DNA from: Puccinia triticina
Lineage: Eukaryota
DNA: 64,000 nucleotides
Reading direction: 5' to 3'
Assembly: GCA_026914245.1 (NCBI GenBank)
Contig: CP110439.1
Location: 6,386,001-6,450,000, forward strand
Shown here: positions 38,126-50,484 of the stretch, piece after piece
Layout of the letters: the number at the start of each line of letters is the position of its first letter
Position numbering within the stretch: the stretch's first letter is position 1
Program-made: the position numbers and the translations under genes
The notes under the pieces: generated by a model
Seen by the model: only the letters and a program-made list of their open reading frames with translations
Told to the model about the DNA's origin: nothing
Databases searched by the model: none

Positions 38126-39559
38126 TGTGACGGGGATAAGACATGAGGACCATGTCCATCACAAGCGGATGCGATCAAACATGGGCCAAGCTACCGTTAA
38201 CTGCAAAAGAGGTGGAGAAGAAATTGAATGAGAAAGTAAAGGACCCAATCAAACTGTTGGATGAAATGTCAATTAAATGTCACATAAAAAGTCGCCGCAG
38301 CTAAATCAATTCTAGAACATTCTCTCTGAGTCGGTTTCTGAAGAAAATCAAACATAGAACTTTAAGATCAACCATACTTGGAACCTACAAGATCAAACTC
38401 AAGACTCAACACATCACCGGTACTCAACATCAGGTAAAGTTGTTGGCATCAAAATCCAAAGACTAATAACTTATCAACTCGCTTGATCTGAAAATCAGTG
38501 ACTACTGGGTGCCTTGCAAAAGTCAAGTCAATAGAGTGTAATTGTTCAGGGGGAGGAGGATAGGTACTTGGATCTTAATTGTTTATCTAGTTCTCAAATA
38601 TTTCTATTTTAACACCTTTGATCTGTTATTTCCAGTTTATTATCTCTCAACCGTTGTGGTGGACAATCTGGTACACGCGTAGGATCAAGACTTTATTGCA
38701 CGTGGCGCGCGCCAGCGGCCATCATTGAGTCCCGCGACTCAATCAAAGCTGATTATGTAATTTGATTGAGTCCCGCGACTCAATCAAAGCTGATTATGTA
38801 ATTTGATTGAGTCCCGCAACTCAATCAAAGTTATGGCAAAGCTTTCAGCCCTCAAGGCCTCCTCAAGTTCAACGGCGCAGCGTGGCACATCCTCAAGGCG
38901 TTTCAGGTCTCCCTTTCTCCTCTTTTCTCTTGTTTCTGTGTTGGTGGTTTTGTTCTCCTGTCAGCTTTCTTTTCTTTTTTCATTATGTTTGTTATTTTCT
39001 TTTCTTATACGCGCGCTTTGGACAGGTTTGGATGAGGAGGGTTGGTCTTGGTTTTTCTTTTGTTTTGTTTTGTTTCTGTCTCTTGCCTTGTTTTGTTGTA
39101 GCGCGCGTGTGCGCGCTAGGTTGTGATGAGCTGTCTGTTAGATGTCACAGTCCCCTGAGTCTGAGTTCAACGCAAACTCAGATGATGGGGCGGCATGGAC
39201 CTACTCTGAACCAGAATTTCAGTCTTCCATCAAATTCAAAGTTATACGTCTTGGCAAGCTGTTTGCCCAAAGTTTCTCCTCCTTAAGGTTCATTTTTCCC
39301 CGCAACGCCGATCTCCTCCACCTCTCTGGTTTAGATCACACCCCGCCGGCAGTATCCCCGGCTCCTTCTCGAACTCAAACACCGCCGACGCGCATCTCCA
39401 GCCGTTGTAAAATCAAAACCCCCTCACGCTTACACAATTATCAGCGCTCACTCACGGCCAATCAACCCTGAGGGCATACGACACATTTCCCTTTTTTTTC
39501 CATTTCCCCTCCCCCAACTGCCGCCGGCCTAGCACCGAGCGGAGTTCCTCACCGTCACA
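38126..39559. mobile_element. Probable solo LTR (TGTGACGG...CCGTCACA) containing a second solo LTR at 38655-39551
   Basis: Outer ends form an 8-bp inverted pair but lack a TSD. The inner TG...CA element has 4-bp TSD CCGT and a 41-bp hairpin tandem repeat at 38724-38830. Confidence 0.6.
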
Positions 39560-39843
39560 TCTTCTCAATAAAGTCTGTCATTAGATCAAAAATCAAACAA
39601 CCTAGGTAAAATACTAACTTCCTATTATGTCAAATGATAATTTTCTTTATTAACTTGTTTTGTTTTTGTTTGTATTTACTACTACTGGTTTTTAAAGTGT
39701 TTGCAATAAAATTTGATCTCTCTGAACTACACAAACTAATGCTTGAATAAGGCAGCTGTGAAACTAGAGTATTCAACCACTTGATGCTCTTCTGGCTAAC
39801 TTAGCTAATTTCCCTCCTTGAGGGAGCGAAGCAACCTCCAAAG

Positions 39844-40059
39844 TAGAGATGGCCATTGGAACCCGCTGGCGGGTACCCGCCACTCTTTAGCAGGTAGCTA
39901 ACTGCCCCTACAGGCAACCATGGCGGGTGCAAAGCTACATGCTTGACTTTTTTTACCAAAATTCAAAACCCCAAGCCTGCTTGCTGGCACTTACCAGGGC
40001 ATAAAGGACCTGCTGAAGAGTGGCGGGTACCCGCCAGCGGGTGCCAATGGCCATCTCTA
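39844..40059. mobile_element. hAT-type MITE (TAGAGATGG...CCATCTCTA)
   Basis: About 40-bp TIRs with GGCGGGTACCCGCC motifs; degenerate 8-bp TSD CTCCAAAG/CTACGGAG. Confidence 0.75.
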
Positions 40060-41081
40060 CTACGGAGGATGGACTTACGCGCTATGTCTACCCCGCGGCC
40101 TGAGATAATTTCAACTTTTGGTGGGCACTTTTTTATAATCAACATAGCACATGGGTCTCTGGACCAAATCCTTCTAGTTTTCATTTCTGGGATCAACCAA
40201 GCTGTCCCCATCTATGTACTAATTCCATCTCCCCCCATCTCTTTTCTTTGGTCTGCAATACCCTTTGTAATCTCATTAGTTTTGGATCCTGTACAGTGCA
40301 AGATGTGTAATGAAGGATGAAGTAGACATGATGGTGGTCATAAAAAAGTGATTTGAGTGCCACTCAAGGCTTCAAAAAATTTGAAAAATATGTAGGAAGA
40401 TTCTCCATGGTCTTCTGCATCTTTTGTTCCCCCAACACCTAATCACCCAATGAGAATTGGTGCTGCTACAAAACATCAAAAAATAGCATTTTTGAAATTC
40501 TCTCAGGCCACGAGGTCGACATAGCGCATAAGTCCCTCCTTTGGAGGGTCCCTGCAGGAAGGCGTCCTCCCTCCACATAGAGAGGGACTTAGTTAAGTTG
40601 GCTCTTCTGGCTGGTTCAACATTCCTTTCCCTGGAATCGCTTCAAAGATTTTGGACTTGGTGTTGCTTTAACCTACCATTGAAAGGCTAGTCCTCTGTAC
40701 TCTTGTGGATGGGTTGCAAAGGAAGCCCACAAGTTTTATTTGAATTTGCAAAGCAAAGTCTTTGATCATCTCAAGCTATGGTATATTCCTCTCTCTTCTC
40801 TTCCATTATGACCTTCATCATCTTGCATTTTGACAAGCAGCAATTTGTTTTAGAGCTTAAAATCAAAGATCACGCTTATACACGACGTTTGGACTACTAA
40901 GGGAAACCGCCAGGCTTTCATGGGAATCTCAGCAGCTTACGTTTTGGACAACTGGCACTTTTGCATTGTCCATTTATCTTTGAAGTATATTTTGTGGACG
41001 CACACAGGGAAGTATTTAGCTATTCCTTTCACAAACATTTTGAAAAAGTTGGGCCTTCATACAAAGATAAGTGATTCTAAT

Positions 41082-42014
41082 TGTCAGCCTTACAGTCAAC
41101 TCAGCTGACCTAAAGTCTGCCTTTTTATACTTTTTACATATGAATTAATTCATATCTTTTTCATATTATGAGATAACCTTGTTTTGACTTCATATTCTGT
41201 TTCCTCATGCAATTTTAACCTTAGTTACAACTCACCAATTCTTTTTAACTACACTCCTTCCATGAGTTATTGAGTTGTGGCGCGCATGCGCAGTTGTGAC
41301 GTGTCAGCGCTACCAGGCGCGCCAAACCATATGTACATATGTAAATTACATAAGCAAACTGTGAAAATTTTTGTAGTCTGGATCCCCCTTGCCTGAGGCG
41401 GATACACAGACTTCAGCACACCAGAACCACACCCCAGATAACCCCAGGATCACCACCAAAGAGTTTACAACACTCCCAGTATACGTACCGTCACAAGCGC
41501 CTAGGATATTGACAGTAAGTAACCTTGTTCACTGAACCTTGTTTATCTCAGAGGTACAACTCTGTGTCTTGCTTGATCTGCTCTTTTCTGCTGGCCTTTG
41601 CCTCTACTTGATCTTAGGGCTGTCTCTGCTTAACCTGATTCTTTTTCTGTGGTTTTTGTAAGAAACAAACCACATAGGTTTCCCTTTAAAGAACCTTGAC
41701 TATCCAGAAGGAAGCTAAAAAATTGTGGCTGGATTAAACTTATCTAATCCAGGATCCCTCCACGTTTCTTTGGTGAGAGGAGGCTGTAGCACTCTCTAGC
41801 ACAGCTTGGCAGCACTCTTCTGAAGAGTTAGCATTGCCAGTGGAAGTGCATTCCCACCAGAATAACCTTGAATATCTGCTTATCTTGATCCTGCTCCGTT
41901 TCTCTCTCTCTTTCTCTCTCTCTTTTATATTTGTATTTTCTTTATCCAAAGAAATCCAAATATTCCCCCTTTCTTTCTTGTGTCCTACTGTCACTATAGA
42001 GACTCAGGCTCATA
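41082..42014. mobile_element. Solo LTR, same family as 6295-9219
   Basis: TGTCAGCC...GGCTCATA with 5-bp TSD CTAAT. Confidence 0.88.
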
Positions 42015-43843
42015 CTAATCCTGAATTTCCTATATCATCTATCCAAGGATTAGGTTGAGAACAAAAAAAGACTGAATGTTACATATTTGTTTTCAAATAA
42101 ATACATATTAGCTCATACCACTGACTCTGGCTCAAACAATCAAACACTGGCTGCGGAGCACAATCACATCATCCTTGCCAAAACTGCAAAAGATCTCAGC
42201 TTATCCAACAACCACATACAATGCTTCTGTCATAAAGTCGCACTAATTGTCAACGCTGGTATTTGGGCCCTCTTGCTCTTGGGTTCTGGACTGACCAAGA
42301 CCAAGAAAGCCACTATAGGTTTTGTACCGGAGTTTTTTCCAATTGAAGAAGAGAATGAGATGGCATGTCAAGATTCCAACGGCCTAGAGATCCAAGTTGG
42401 TCCTTTCAACCGGAAAAAAACAACTGAAGATGGGGATAGCAATTTCAAATCTCTAGCTGAATCATTAGATGATGAAAGCTTATTGGACAAGATTGATACA
42501 GTTGCAGCCATATTCAATAAGGTTTGTTAAAGTTTCTTTAATCATCTGAGCATTTATTTCCAATCAGCTGAAGTATCTGTTGCACCCTTGTAGGTTGATT
42601 TTATTATTCAAAAAATTACTTCATCAGCCGCGCGATGATCTGAGTTTGATACATGGTGCAAGAAGCTGGACTACTTGGGGCCACGCTTGATTGCGGGCTA
42701 TGGTATTCAATGGAATATTAAATTCCAGAGTCAGGAGCGGGCTTACAATGCTCGACATGTGATCAACAAACTCATCAAGAATGAAAAGGATCAACAAGAG
42801 CAAGACAAAGACAATCACCCCAATTTTTTTGACAACATAGAGCTTTCTCAAAATCATTGGGAGGTTGTTAAAAAGTTAAACAACATACTTGCGGTTGGTT
42901 TTTGAATATCAAATAAAATAGGATGCAAACAATAACTGACTCCTGATTCCTTTGCACAGGAGTTCTATTTTATTACAAAGAAGATGGAAGGAGATATCTC
43001 CTCTAGAAGTATGTTACTAGGTGAATACTGGGGAATCACTTCATTCCTCACAAAGAAGATCGCAAACAAAGACGAATTTCTCCCAATGTTTTGCAAGATG
43101 CTTGAACAAACAAAAAAATATGTAAATGAAGCAATGAAGTGTGATACAATCCTCCTTGCAACGATTTTGAATCCGAGCTATTGTCTTTCACTCTTCCAAG
43201 CGTGGTACCCATCCAATCACTCATATGCTGAGTCCTTAATTGTTGAAAAATTCAACTCAAGAAGGATCAATTACAAAGCCGATTTACCTATTTCCGAGCC
43301 ACCTGCCTCACTTGACAATTTGTGGTCCAAAAAACAAAGTTCAAGAAAGCGCGAACTTGAAGAGGTAAACTTGTTTCCCAATACTGAGGAAACAACTCTA
43401 ACCAAAAAGCTATTGGTATATCTATCAGGTAAATACAAGCATCCTACTTCACAGGCGCATGAAGCATTAGAATGGTGGAAGGTTTGTGAATTCCAATATC
43501 CATACATGTTTTTTTAAATCCTCATATTTGTTTTTAACTAATTTCTGTCTCCATAGTCCCATAGCCGTGAATTCCCCATACTGGCTCTCCTTGCCCGCGA
43601 TTACTTAGCTACCTGCTCAACCTCGGCAAGCGTTGAGAGGTGTTTTTCAGCGGTGTTGGACACATGCGGCCGTGATTGAAGCAGTCTAGCTGTCCAAACC
43701 ATTGAGAGGTGTGTGAGCTCCCATCAATGGTTGCTTCAAGGTTTCAATCCCAATGGTGAATTTAAGGTTCCCCATCATATATTTGTACATGCCTTGGAAG
43801 AGCATGATTGCATGAAAAAAGATATGGTCCCAGAAAAATATTA

Positions 43844-45249
43844 GGCCCTGTTTGGACGCTGTGTGTGATATGATAAATGGTGTAATAAATTACATAACAC
43901 CCAAAATGAATCTTGAGTGTCATAAAATTAATTATGCCACCAACAGATTTATAATTTGTCTGTTTGGCATGCACTCCATAAACATTCCTAGGGATCATTT
44001 ATCACCTGACTGTTTGGCAAACCAAAGCAGACCAGTGTCATACATGTACACACAACACACTTCTGGGAGTGCACAACCTCTGGATGACCTGTTTAAACGG
44101 CAATCCAGAGTACTTCACCCCCTCAATGACTGGTGAACTGGTCATCTAGGGGGACTTCACCCTTTCAATGACCAGTCAACCGGTCATTGAAGAGGACACA
44201 CCGTCTTGATGACCGGTCAAACAGTCATTGAAGAGGACACACCCTCTTGATGACCAGTTGACCGGTCATCAAAGAGGACACACCCTCTTGACGACCAGCT
44301 AACTGGTCATTGACGAGGACACGTCTGTTGACCGGTCATCAAAGAGGACATACCCTCTTGATGACTGGTCAACCGGTCATCGAAGAGGACACACCCTCTC
44401 AATGACAGGCCGACCGGTCATTGAAGAGGACACAACCTTCCAGTGACTCCCAATGACTGGCCCCGGTCAACAAGGTGTTTTGTCCTCTTTGATGACCAAT
44501 CAACCGGTCATTGAAGTTGGTACGACCTCTGGATGACCGGTTTGACTGGTCATCCAGAGGACTTATCTCTATGACCGTTCAACCGGTCATCAAGAGGGTG
44601 TGTTCTCTTTGATGACTGTTTAACCGGTCATCAAGAGGGCATGTCCTCTTTGATGACCGGTTGACCATTCATTGAGAGGTTGTGTCCCCTTTGATGACAG
44701 GTTGGCCGGTCATCAAGAGGATGTGTCCTCTTTGATGACCGTTTGACCGGTCATCAAGAGGATGTGTCCTCTTCAATGGCCAATCAACAGGTCATTGAAG
44801 TGGGTACGACCTCTCAATGACTGTTTTACCGGTCATCAAGAGGATGTGTCCTCTTCAATGACCGGTTGACTGGTCATTGAGAGGATGTGTCCTCTTCAAT
44901 GACCGGTTGGTCATTGAGAGGTTAAAGTTGCTGGTTATTTCCACCTCGATGACCCGCTGACCGGTCATTGAGGTGGTGTGTAGGACTCCTCTGGATGACC
45001 AGTTGAACGGGTCATCCAGGGTTGTGTACATGTTCCTAGGTATACTGATGGCCAAATATCACCCAAAATAGAGGCCAGGACCTCTATTTCCAAAATGGCT
45101 GGGGATATAAATGGCCTGTGATACAGAGTAATGAATTTTACAATATCATTGGCCATCCCAAACACATATAAGTTTGGTGTTATACCCCGAGCACCCCCGG
45201 TGATAATTCGCGTGATTTATAACTGAATTTGGGGCGTCCAAACGGGGCC
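43844..45249. mobile_element. Tourist/Harbinger-type non-autonomous element with an internal 1-kb foldback array
   Basis: TIRs GGCCCTGTTTGGACGC / GCGTCCAAACGGGGCC and TSD TTA. Confidence 0.85.
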
Positions 45250-45920
45250 TTAGTTTTTTTTTACATTTTATGTTATCTTTATCCATTTTATCTTCAGAAA
45301 AAATATCTCAAAAGAAACACATGGTAGCAATTCTGTTTGTATTTAAATTTTTTATCTACTTCTGTAGGTATTGAAGATACAATACCAATAAAGTATTGGT
45401 ACTGTATTGGATAAAAGATAAATTACACAGTATTTCTAAGCCATGTATTGGCTTTAAGATACAATGTATCTGTATTGTATTGGTTAGCCAATACCTGGAG
45501 AATGTATTCTATTGCCATGTATTGGCTAACCAATACAATACAGATACATTGGCCAATACTGTATTTTATTGTATTGGTTACACCGTTGCACGGACGTAAC
45601 TCAATTCTGGGAGCCGTTTTCCTAGGGCCTGGGAGCTGTTTTTCCAAGGCCCAAAATATTTTGGTGAGGAAATTTTGCATTACATAATCAGACAGTCCTA
45701 TCCCCTGCAAAAAAGAATTTATGATTTTATGATTTAGGCATGCATAAAATTATGCAAACCAACTTTGAACACCATAAATATTAAATGAAATTTCATCAAA
45801 AAGATGAACAAATCAATCAACTCACATAATGGAATCAGCAGTAGGCCACTACACTATATGAGCGCTAAGTGTTAGCATAGCAGTGTTTTTTTTGGGCAGG
45901 AATTCACAATATTAGCAGGA

Positions 45921-45948
45921 CTAGAGGCCAAGGTGGCTTCGCCACTGC
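45921..45948 (-). mobile_element. Helitron-like 3' terminus
   Basis: Minus strand GTGGCGAAGCCAC-CTTGGCCT-CTAG|T, matching 4783-4810. Confidence 0.65.
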
Positions 45949-47873
45949 AAATTGGAGGTGCAATGTGCAATAATCAATTTCCAAGGAAGAAGCAAAATAA
46001 GGTGAACCAACTCCTTTTTCCAGAACACAAGTGGATATGGATGCTCATCCAATGAGCACAGTTTGAAGTGGCTAGGTGCCCCTCACAACCACTTTTGTGA
46101 GTATTTTTTCAAGTTTTCTCTCAAACACCAAGTGGCACAGGCACATGCAAGCCAATTTGCACTACATCTCTTTGTCATCTTAAATCTTTTGTTATTGAAC
46201 ACCAACCTACAAAATTAGATACAAGAAATATTGTAATATCTGTGCCAGAAAAATTAAAACATATTTTTGCCCTTCTGGTCTGTGTTACAATGTATGGCCA
46301 AACTTCCACCACACCCAGGGCCAGAGTCAACATGAGGCAGGCTGCTTTGATGTCTGTTCTAATCAACTGATTATTTGTGCATTCTTTGTTGACACTATGT
46401 AAATTCAGCCCATTTATAATTCAGATGTTGATGAATATACAAATGTTTTTCTGTTAATTCCCTCATGCAGCTCACTCCACTTGTGACTAATACACCACAG
46501 ACATCAATATAATATAAATAAATTTCTATTGTTAGCAGTTCAGGATATCATGGATCACAAGTTCAAAATCTTCAACCAGGATGGAAAACCAACAGGAAAT
46601 GGCCACATGTGAAACAATGCAAAGATTCTTGTTGGAGTAAGTGTTGCTGAGCAGCTTGACTGAGCCCTTGTGGGAGCATCAGCTGATGCTCATGGGATAA
46701 GCGCAGTAGGAACAGCACCGCCGGCACATTCCACATGTTTGACTTGCTCCGCTCCAAGTGTCAGGTGGACTGGAATCCGGGCCACTCATCTGAAGCCCTC
46801 TTATGACAGGTATCATATAATACATTGATACAAGGCTCAGCCTGGGACCTTCAAAGCCAGAAAGCGCAAGCGGCCACGCAGTTTAGTCTCTCTCTCTCTC
46901 TTTCTGCCAGAGCGAGCGGGATGGACAAACATAGGACAATTTGTCTTCCTCTGTTTCTTGTAAAACACTGTTGTCAGCAGGTTCAGCTATTCCCAACGCC
47001 GCTCAAGGATTGCTAGGAATTTTTGCTTGTAGATTCAGTCCAACTGCAACAACTTCAGACTTGATTGGGGAGACAGCAAGCAGCAAGATTGGAAGTACAA
47101 ATTGCAGGGCAAGACCTGAATTAAGGCTGTCTGATCCAGACTGAGCCTGCACCAAAGACTTCTTGAGATATATGTGTCACAGCTTGTGTTGAAAGTAAGG
47201 CCAAGACAGAGACCTACCTTAATCAGGCTCTGCTGGATTGCCCAGTGTAGACTTCCCAAGTTTTCATGGCTGACAGAGTTTTCACCGGGGATGCATGTCA
47301 GCTTAATCATCAGATTTCGGGCAGGTGTTGAGGCGCTCTTGCGGGCTTTTGTGAGCAAGCGGAGACAAGACCGCTGGGACTTAGAGACAGGGATGAGTAC
47401 ATCTATATCAGTGAATCCCACACAAAGAGTCATTGAGCTTCAGAGAGAAAGAGAGAATTGAGGTTGAGATTGACCAGTCAGGGCCACCTTCCTCAACTTG
47501 ATTGAGGACAAATTCAACCATCAAGCAGTTGAACTTGAGCCGGGGCAGGGAGTCCTTTGCTATCAGGGAGACATTCTGGGAGCGGGCTTGTTGACGCCGG
47601 CGGCCTTCAGGTTGTTGACCAGCAGGAAAAGGCCTTTGCCCGGCCCAACCAGGATCAACCCCCAAGTAGCTTGTTGCGTTTGTAGGCCAGCTTTTCCTTC
47701 TTTGTTGCCAGTAGCTGCTGGAGCGAGGCCATTGGCCTGCTTGGGTACAGGCCTGGTCGCTCATGTCCCGCTGAATGCATTGACACATTGTAAGCTCTCC
47801 TTGTCAAGACTTGGCCCTTCTTGATTGTGGATTTTTTGAGGGCATGCCGACGGGCCCCTTTTGAGGAGAGAAG

Positions 47874-48660
47874 CTAGACCTGGATGTGATGGCTGAGGAG
47901 GATGTTTTTGAGACAGGAGACTTCAGAGGACAGGGCAGAGTTATAGTCGGCCATCCAGACAACAAACTCGGCTGCGCGTTTGAGGATGACAAACTTACTG
48001 GCGCCGGTCTTGATCTCGCCTCTTCTTCCGCGGCCGCTGGTCTTGGGCTTCTTGGCGTTGTTTTGCTCGGACATCGGTGTGGCTGAGGAGCCGGGCGGAG
48101 GCGGGTCGGGCGTGGCAATGGAGATACCCGACTGGGATTCCCCCGCTCAAAGGATCTCCACCAGGCTTCCGAAGCCGCCCTGGATAACGTTTCTGCGCCG
48201 TTGTTTGGACATGATGTGGGTCGCTTTGACCAGCTTGGCGGCCTTCTTCGCCGGCCGACACATCGGGTCCGTCTCTCCCGAAGGAGGAGGATCATGGGGT
48301 CCGGTAGCGTCGGATGGGAAGACGGGCAAAGGGAGCTGCTCCGGTGGTGGCGGGATGCCGGTAGGGCTGTTGGATGGGATGCTGGCCGGGGTACTCGCCA
48401 ACAGCCGGCTCAGGATTGATGCGGGTCCAGGAGTGCATCTCGACGTCCGGCTCGGCCTCCGGGCCCGGCCCCCAATGTGGAGAGGCACTTCGGGCAGATG
48501 GCCGGGCTGGACGAGCGGGTCGATGGAGGGCTTGAACTTCACGCGGCGTTGGGCATCAGGCTCTGGGTAGGTCAGATGCGAGTCGGACGAGCCCGAGGTG
48601 GTCTGGAAGGACTGCAACGACGGCCGACGGAGATGGGGAAAATGTGCTCGTTCCTCGCTC
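47874..48660 (-). pseudogene. bHLH transcription factor fragment with a premature stop
   Basis: HIMSKQRRRNVIQGGFGSLVEIL* followed in the same frame by SKFVILKRAAEFVVWM. TGA at 48147-48149. The conserved basic-region Glu appears as Lys. Confidence 0.75.
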
Positions 48661-49384
48661 CCAACCCTCCAAGATGTGCTGTACAACTGTTCGGGTGGCC
48701 TCAGAGATTCAGCCCGTGGACCGACACCCGAGAAAACACCCGGGGTGCTGGATTCGTTACGTGGCTAACCAGCTTGTCAGTGACTCTGGATACGGGTCTC
48801 GTGAAACCCGTCTGCAGCAAGTCTCAGAAGCAATGTTCCAACATTTTCGAGGTTTCAACCTCCTCCTGAGCACTTCTGAGGCTTGAAACAGGACAGTGAT
48901 CACAAAACTTGATGTCAAACTACATCCACTTCCCCACGAGCAACCAGAAAAATGGCCTCAAAACCGTGGGCCAGTGCTGCCTACAACATGAAGAAAGACC
49001 AGCTCGCAGTACTGCTCTTCCTCATTATCTACCCCATTCCAAGCGTCAAGCAATCACATCGACAACACCCACCACTAAGGTCCTTTCTCGCCTGTTGTTT
49101 TCTCCAGACATTCTTTTCTATACAAATTTCCTGCCCATCGCGTCCTTCGTCTAACAATACCTATTCGACTCGACCACTCTGATTGTTGCAGGTGTGTAGT
49201 GTGTGCTGATGTTTATTGAATCTGGTTGAGTGCAGCAAACTAAGGCAAATCGCAAAATTCCATCATTAGGCGTAGTCCCTCCACCAAAAAACCATTTCAG
49301 ATAGCTTATAGCCTTGAATCAAGCTATCTGAAACCCTCCTCGGCCTTTGATCGGTGCTTAAGAATAAAAATCCTTGAAAGCTTC

Positions 49385-50484
49385 ATGATGGCTGCGTGGT
49401 TGTTATACCTTCTAGTTAAGCGCTCCTTATTTCATTAAGGCACGCGATTATCATTCTCCAATCTTACCGGCAACGATTGAATCTTCAGCTTGTTGGGCCC
49501 AGCTTGACCATGGACCATGCGATAGAAATCCCATCGCATTCCTACTTGGAGCATGCTGAAGCGCCGGCTAGTTATTCCCACCCAATTGAACACTCGCAAG
49601 ACCGCGTCGTCGTGGATATTCCGCACGAAACACCCGCGACTGTGGGTGCATTTTTGTTAGCAAGATTGCGCCTTATATTCCAAGCTTTCTGCGAGCTGAT
49701 ATCTCTTTGTTTCTGGGGAGGCGAGCAGGCCGGGGTGAGCGTTGCCACGCGTGAAGAACAAAGAGCGGCCAGTACTACTACGACGGCTGCGACAACTTCG
49801 TCTGAGAAAACCGCCGAGCAAGCAAGCTCTGTTGGGGAAGCTGCTCAGCCTCTACCCATCGTAAATTTAGCCCAAGAAGAATGTCCGGTTTGCCTCAATG
49901 ATTACGCACCTGGCGTGCCCTGGAGTCAGCTAGTAGCATGCCAGCATTCTTTTTGCACTGAATGCACTGGTAAATTGCGAGCAATAGAAAATCCAACATG
50001 TCCAATTTGTCGAGCGGCCGATCTTAAAGCAATACCGGTAGATGCTCCACCAAAAATCGACCATTATCCAGCTGCGGTATCACAATCAAATCCTCCAGTT
50101 GTAGAGCAATCAGATGGAATCCAGGAAAGGCCTCCAGTTGTAGAACAATCAGATGAAATCCAGCACAGGCATATCGAGATCCATCAACATATCCAGGTCC
50201 ATCAACATATAGAGGTCCACCAACCTAGGCAGACCCATTCATATAACGTGGAACATCCATCTTGGGAGACCCTGCAAAGGAATAATAGAATTGATCTTAC
50301 ATGTAGGTTCGGGATCTTCTTTGTTATCCTCGCTTTGATTATTTGGGTTTGCGTCCGGTAAGTCCTTTAGTTCGGTTTCCCTGGGCCATCCCCGTTTCAA
50401 CAAACCGTGAATAACATCACCTGATTCTGGTGCACTTCTTCCAACACCAGTCCTGCGTCGTTTGGGTTCAAAATTACAGAATAA
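49385..50484 (+). CDS. RING-HC (C3HC4) protein with a putative signal peptide and C-terminal membrane anchor (exons 49385-49414, 49489-50357, 50451-50484)
   Basis: CPVC...CQHSFCTEC...CPICR and hydrophobic FGIFFVILALIIWVCV. The first and last exons are inferred from GT-AG sites that keep the frame. Confidence 0.75.

Larger units (their letters stand above)
38035..43760 (+). pseudogene. Fragmented hAT transposase
   Basis: BED-like YKFQWCGSSY...GTRSNLYKH, then HDVWTT, TTDSGSNN, HIQCFCH, GYGIQWN, ATILNP, and dimerisation region ALEWWK...FPILALLARDYLATCSTSASVERCFS. Interrupted by stops and insertions. Confidence 0.85.
36764..45588 (+). mobile_element. hAT transposon relic with 7-bp TSD
   Basis: TIRs CAACGCTGTAACCAATA / TATTGGTTACACCGTTG, TSD CACGGAC, GATACAAT subterminal repeats and transposase remnants inside. 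Confidence 0.88.
31110..45652. mobile_element. Mutator-like element (MULE) with about 250-bp TIRs; right TIR split by a hAT
   Basis: Ends GGGCCTTGGAAAA / TTTTCCAAGGCCC and 8-bp TSD AAAATATT. Left TIR 31110-~31355 matches 36560-36763 plus 45589-45652 inverted. Confidence 0.85.

Noticed and set aside
44075..45020. CRISPR-like appearance of the GATGACCGG palindromic arrays
   Set aside because: Spacers are very short and repetitive, there are no cas genes, the context is eukaryotic and the arrays sit inside TIR elements.
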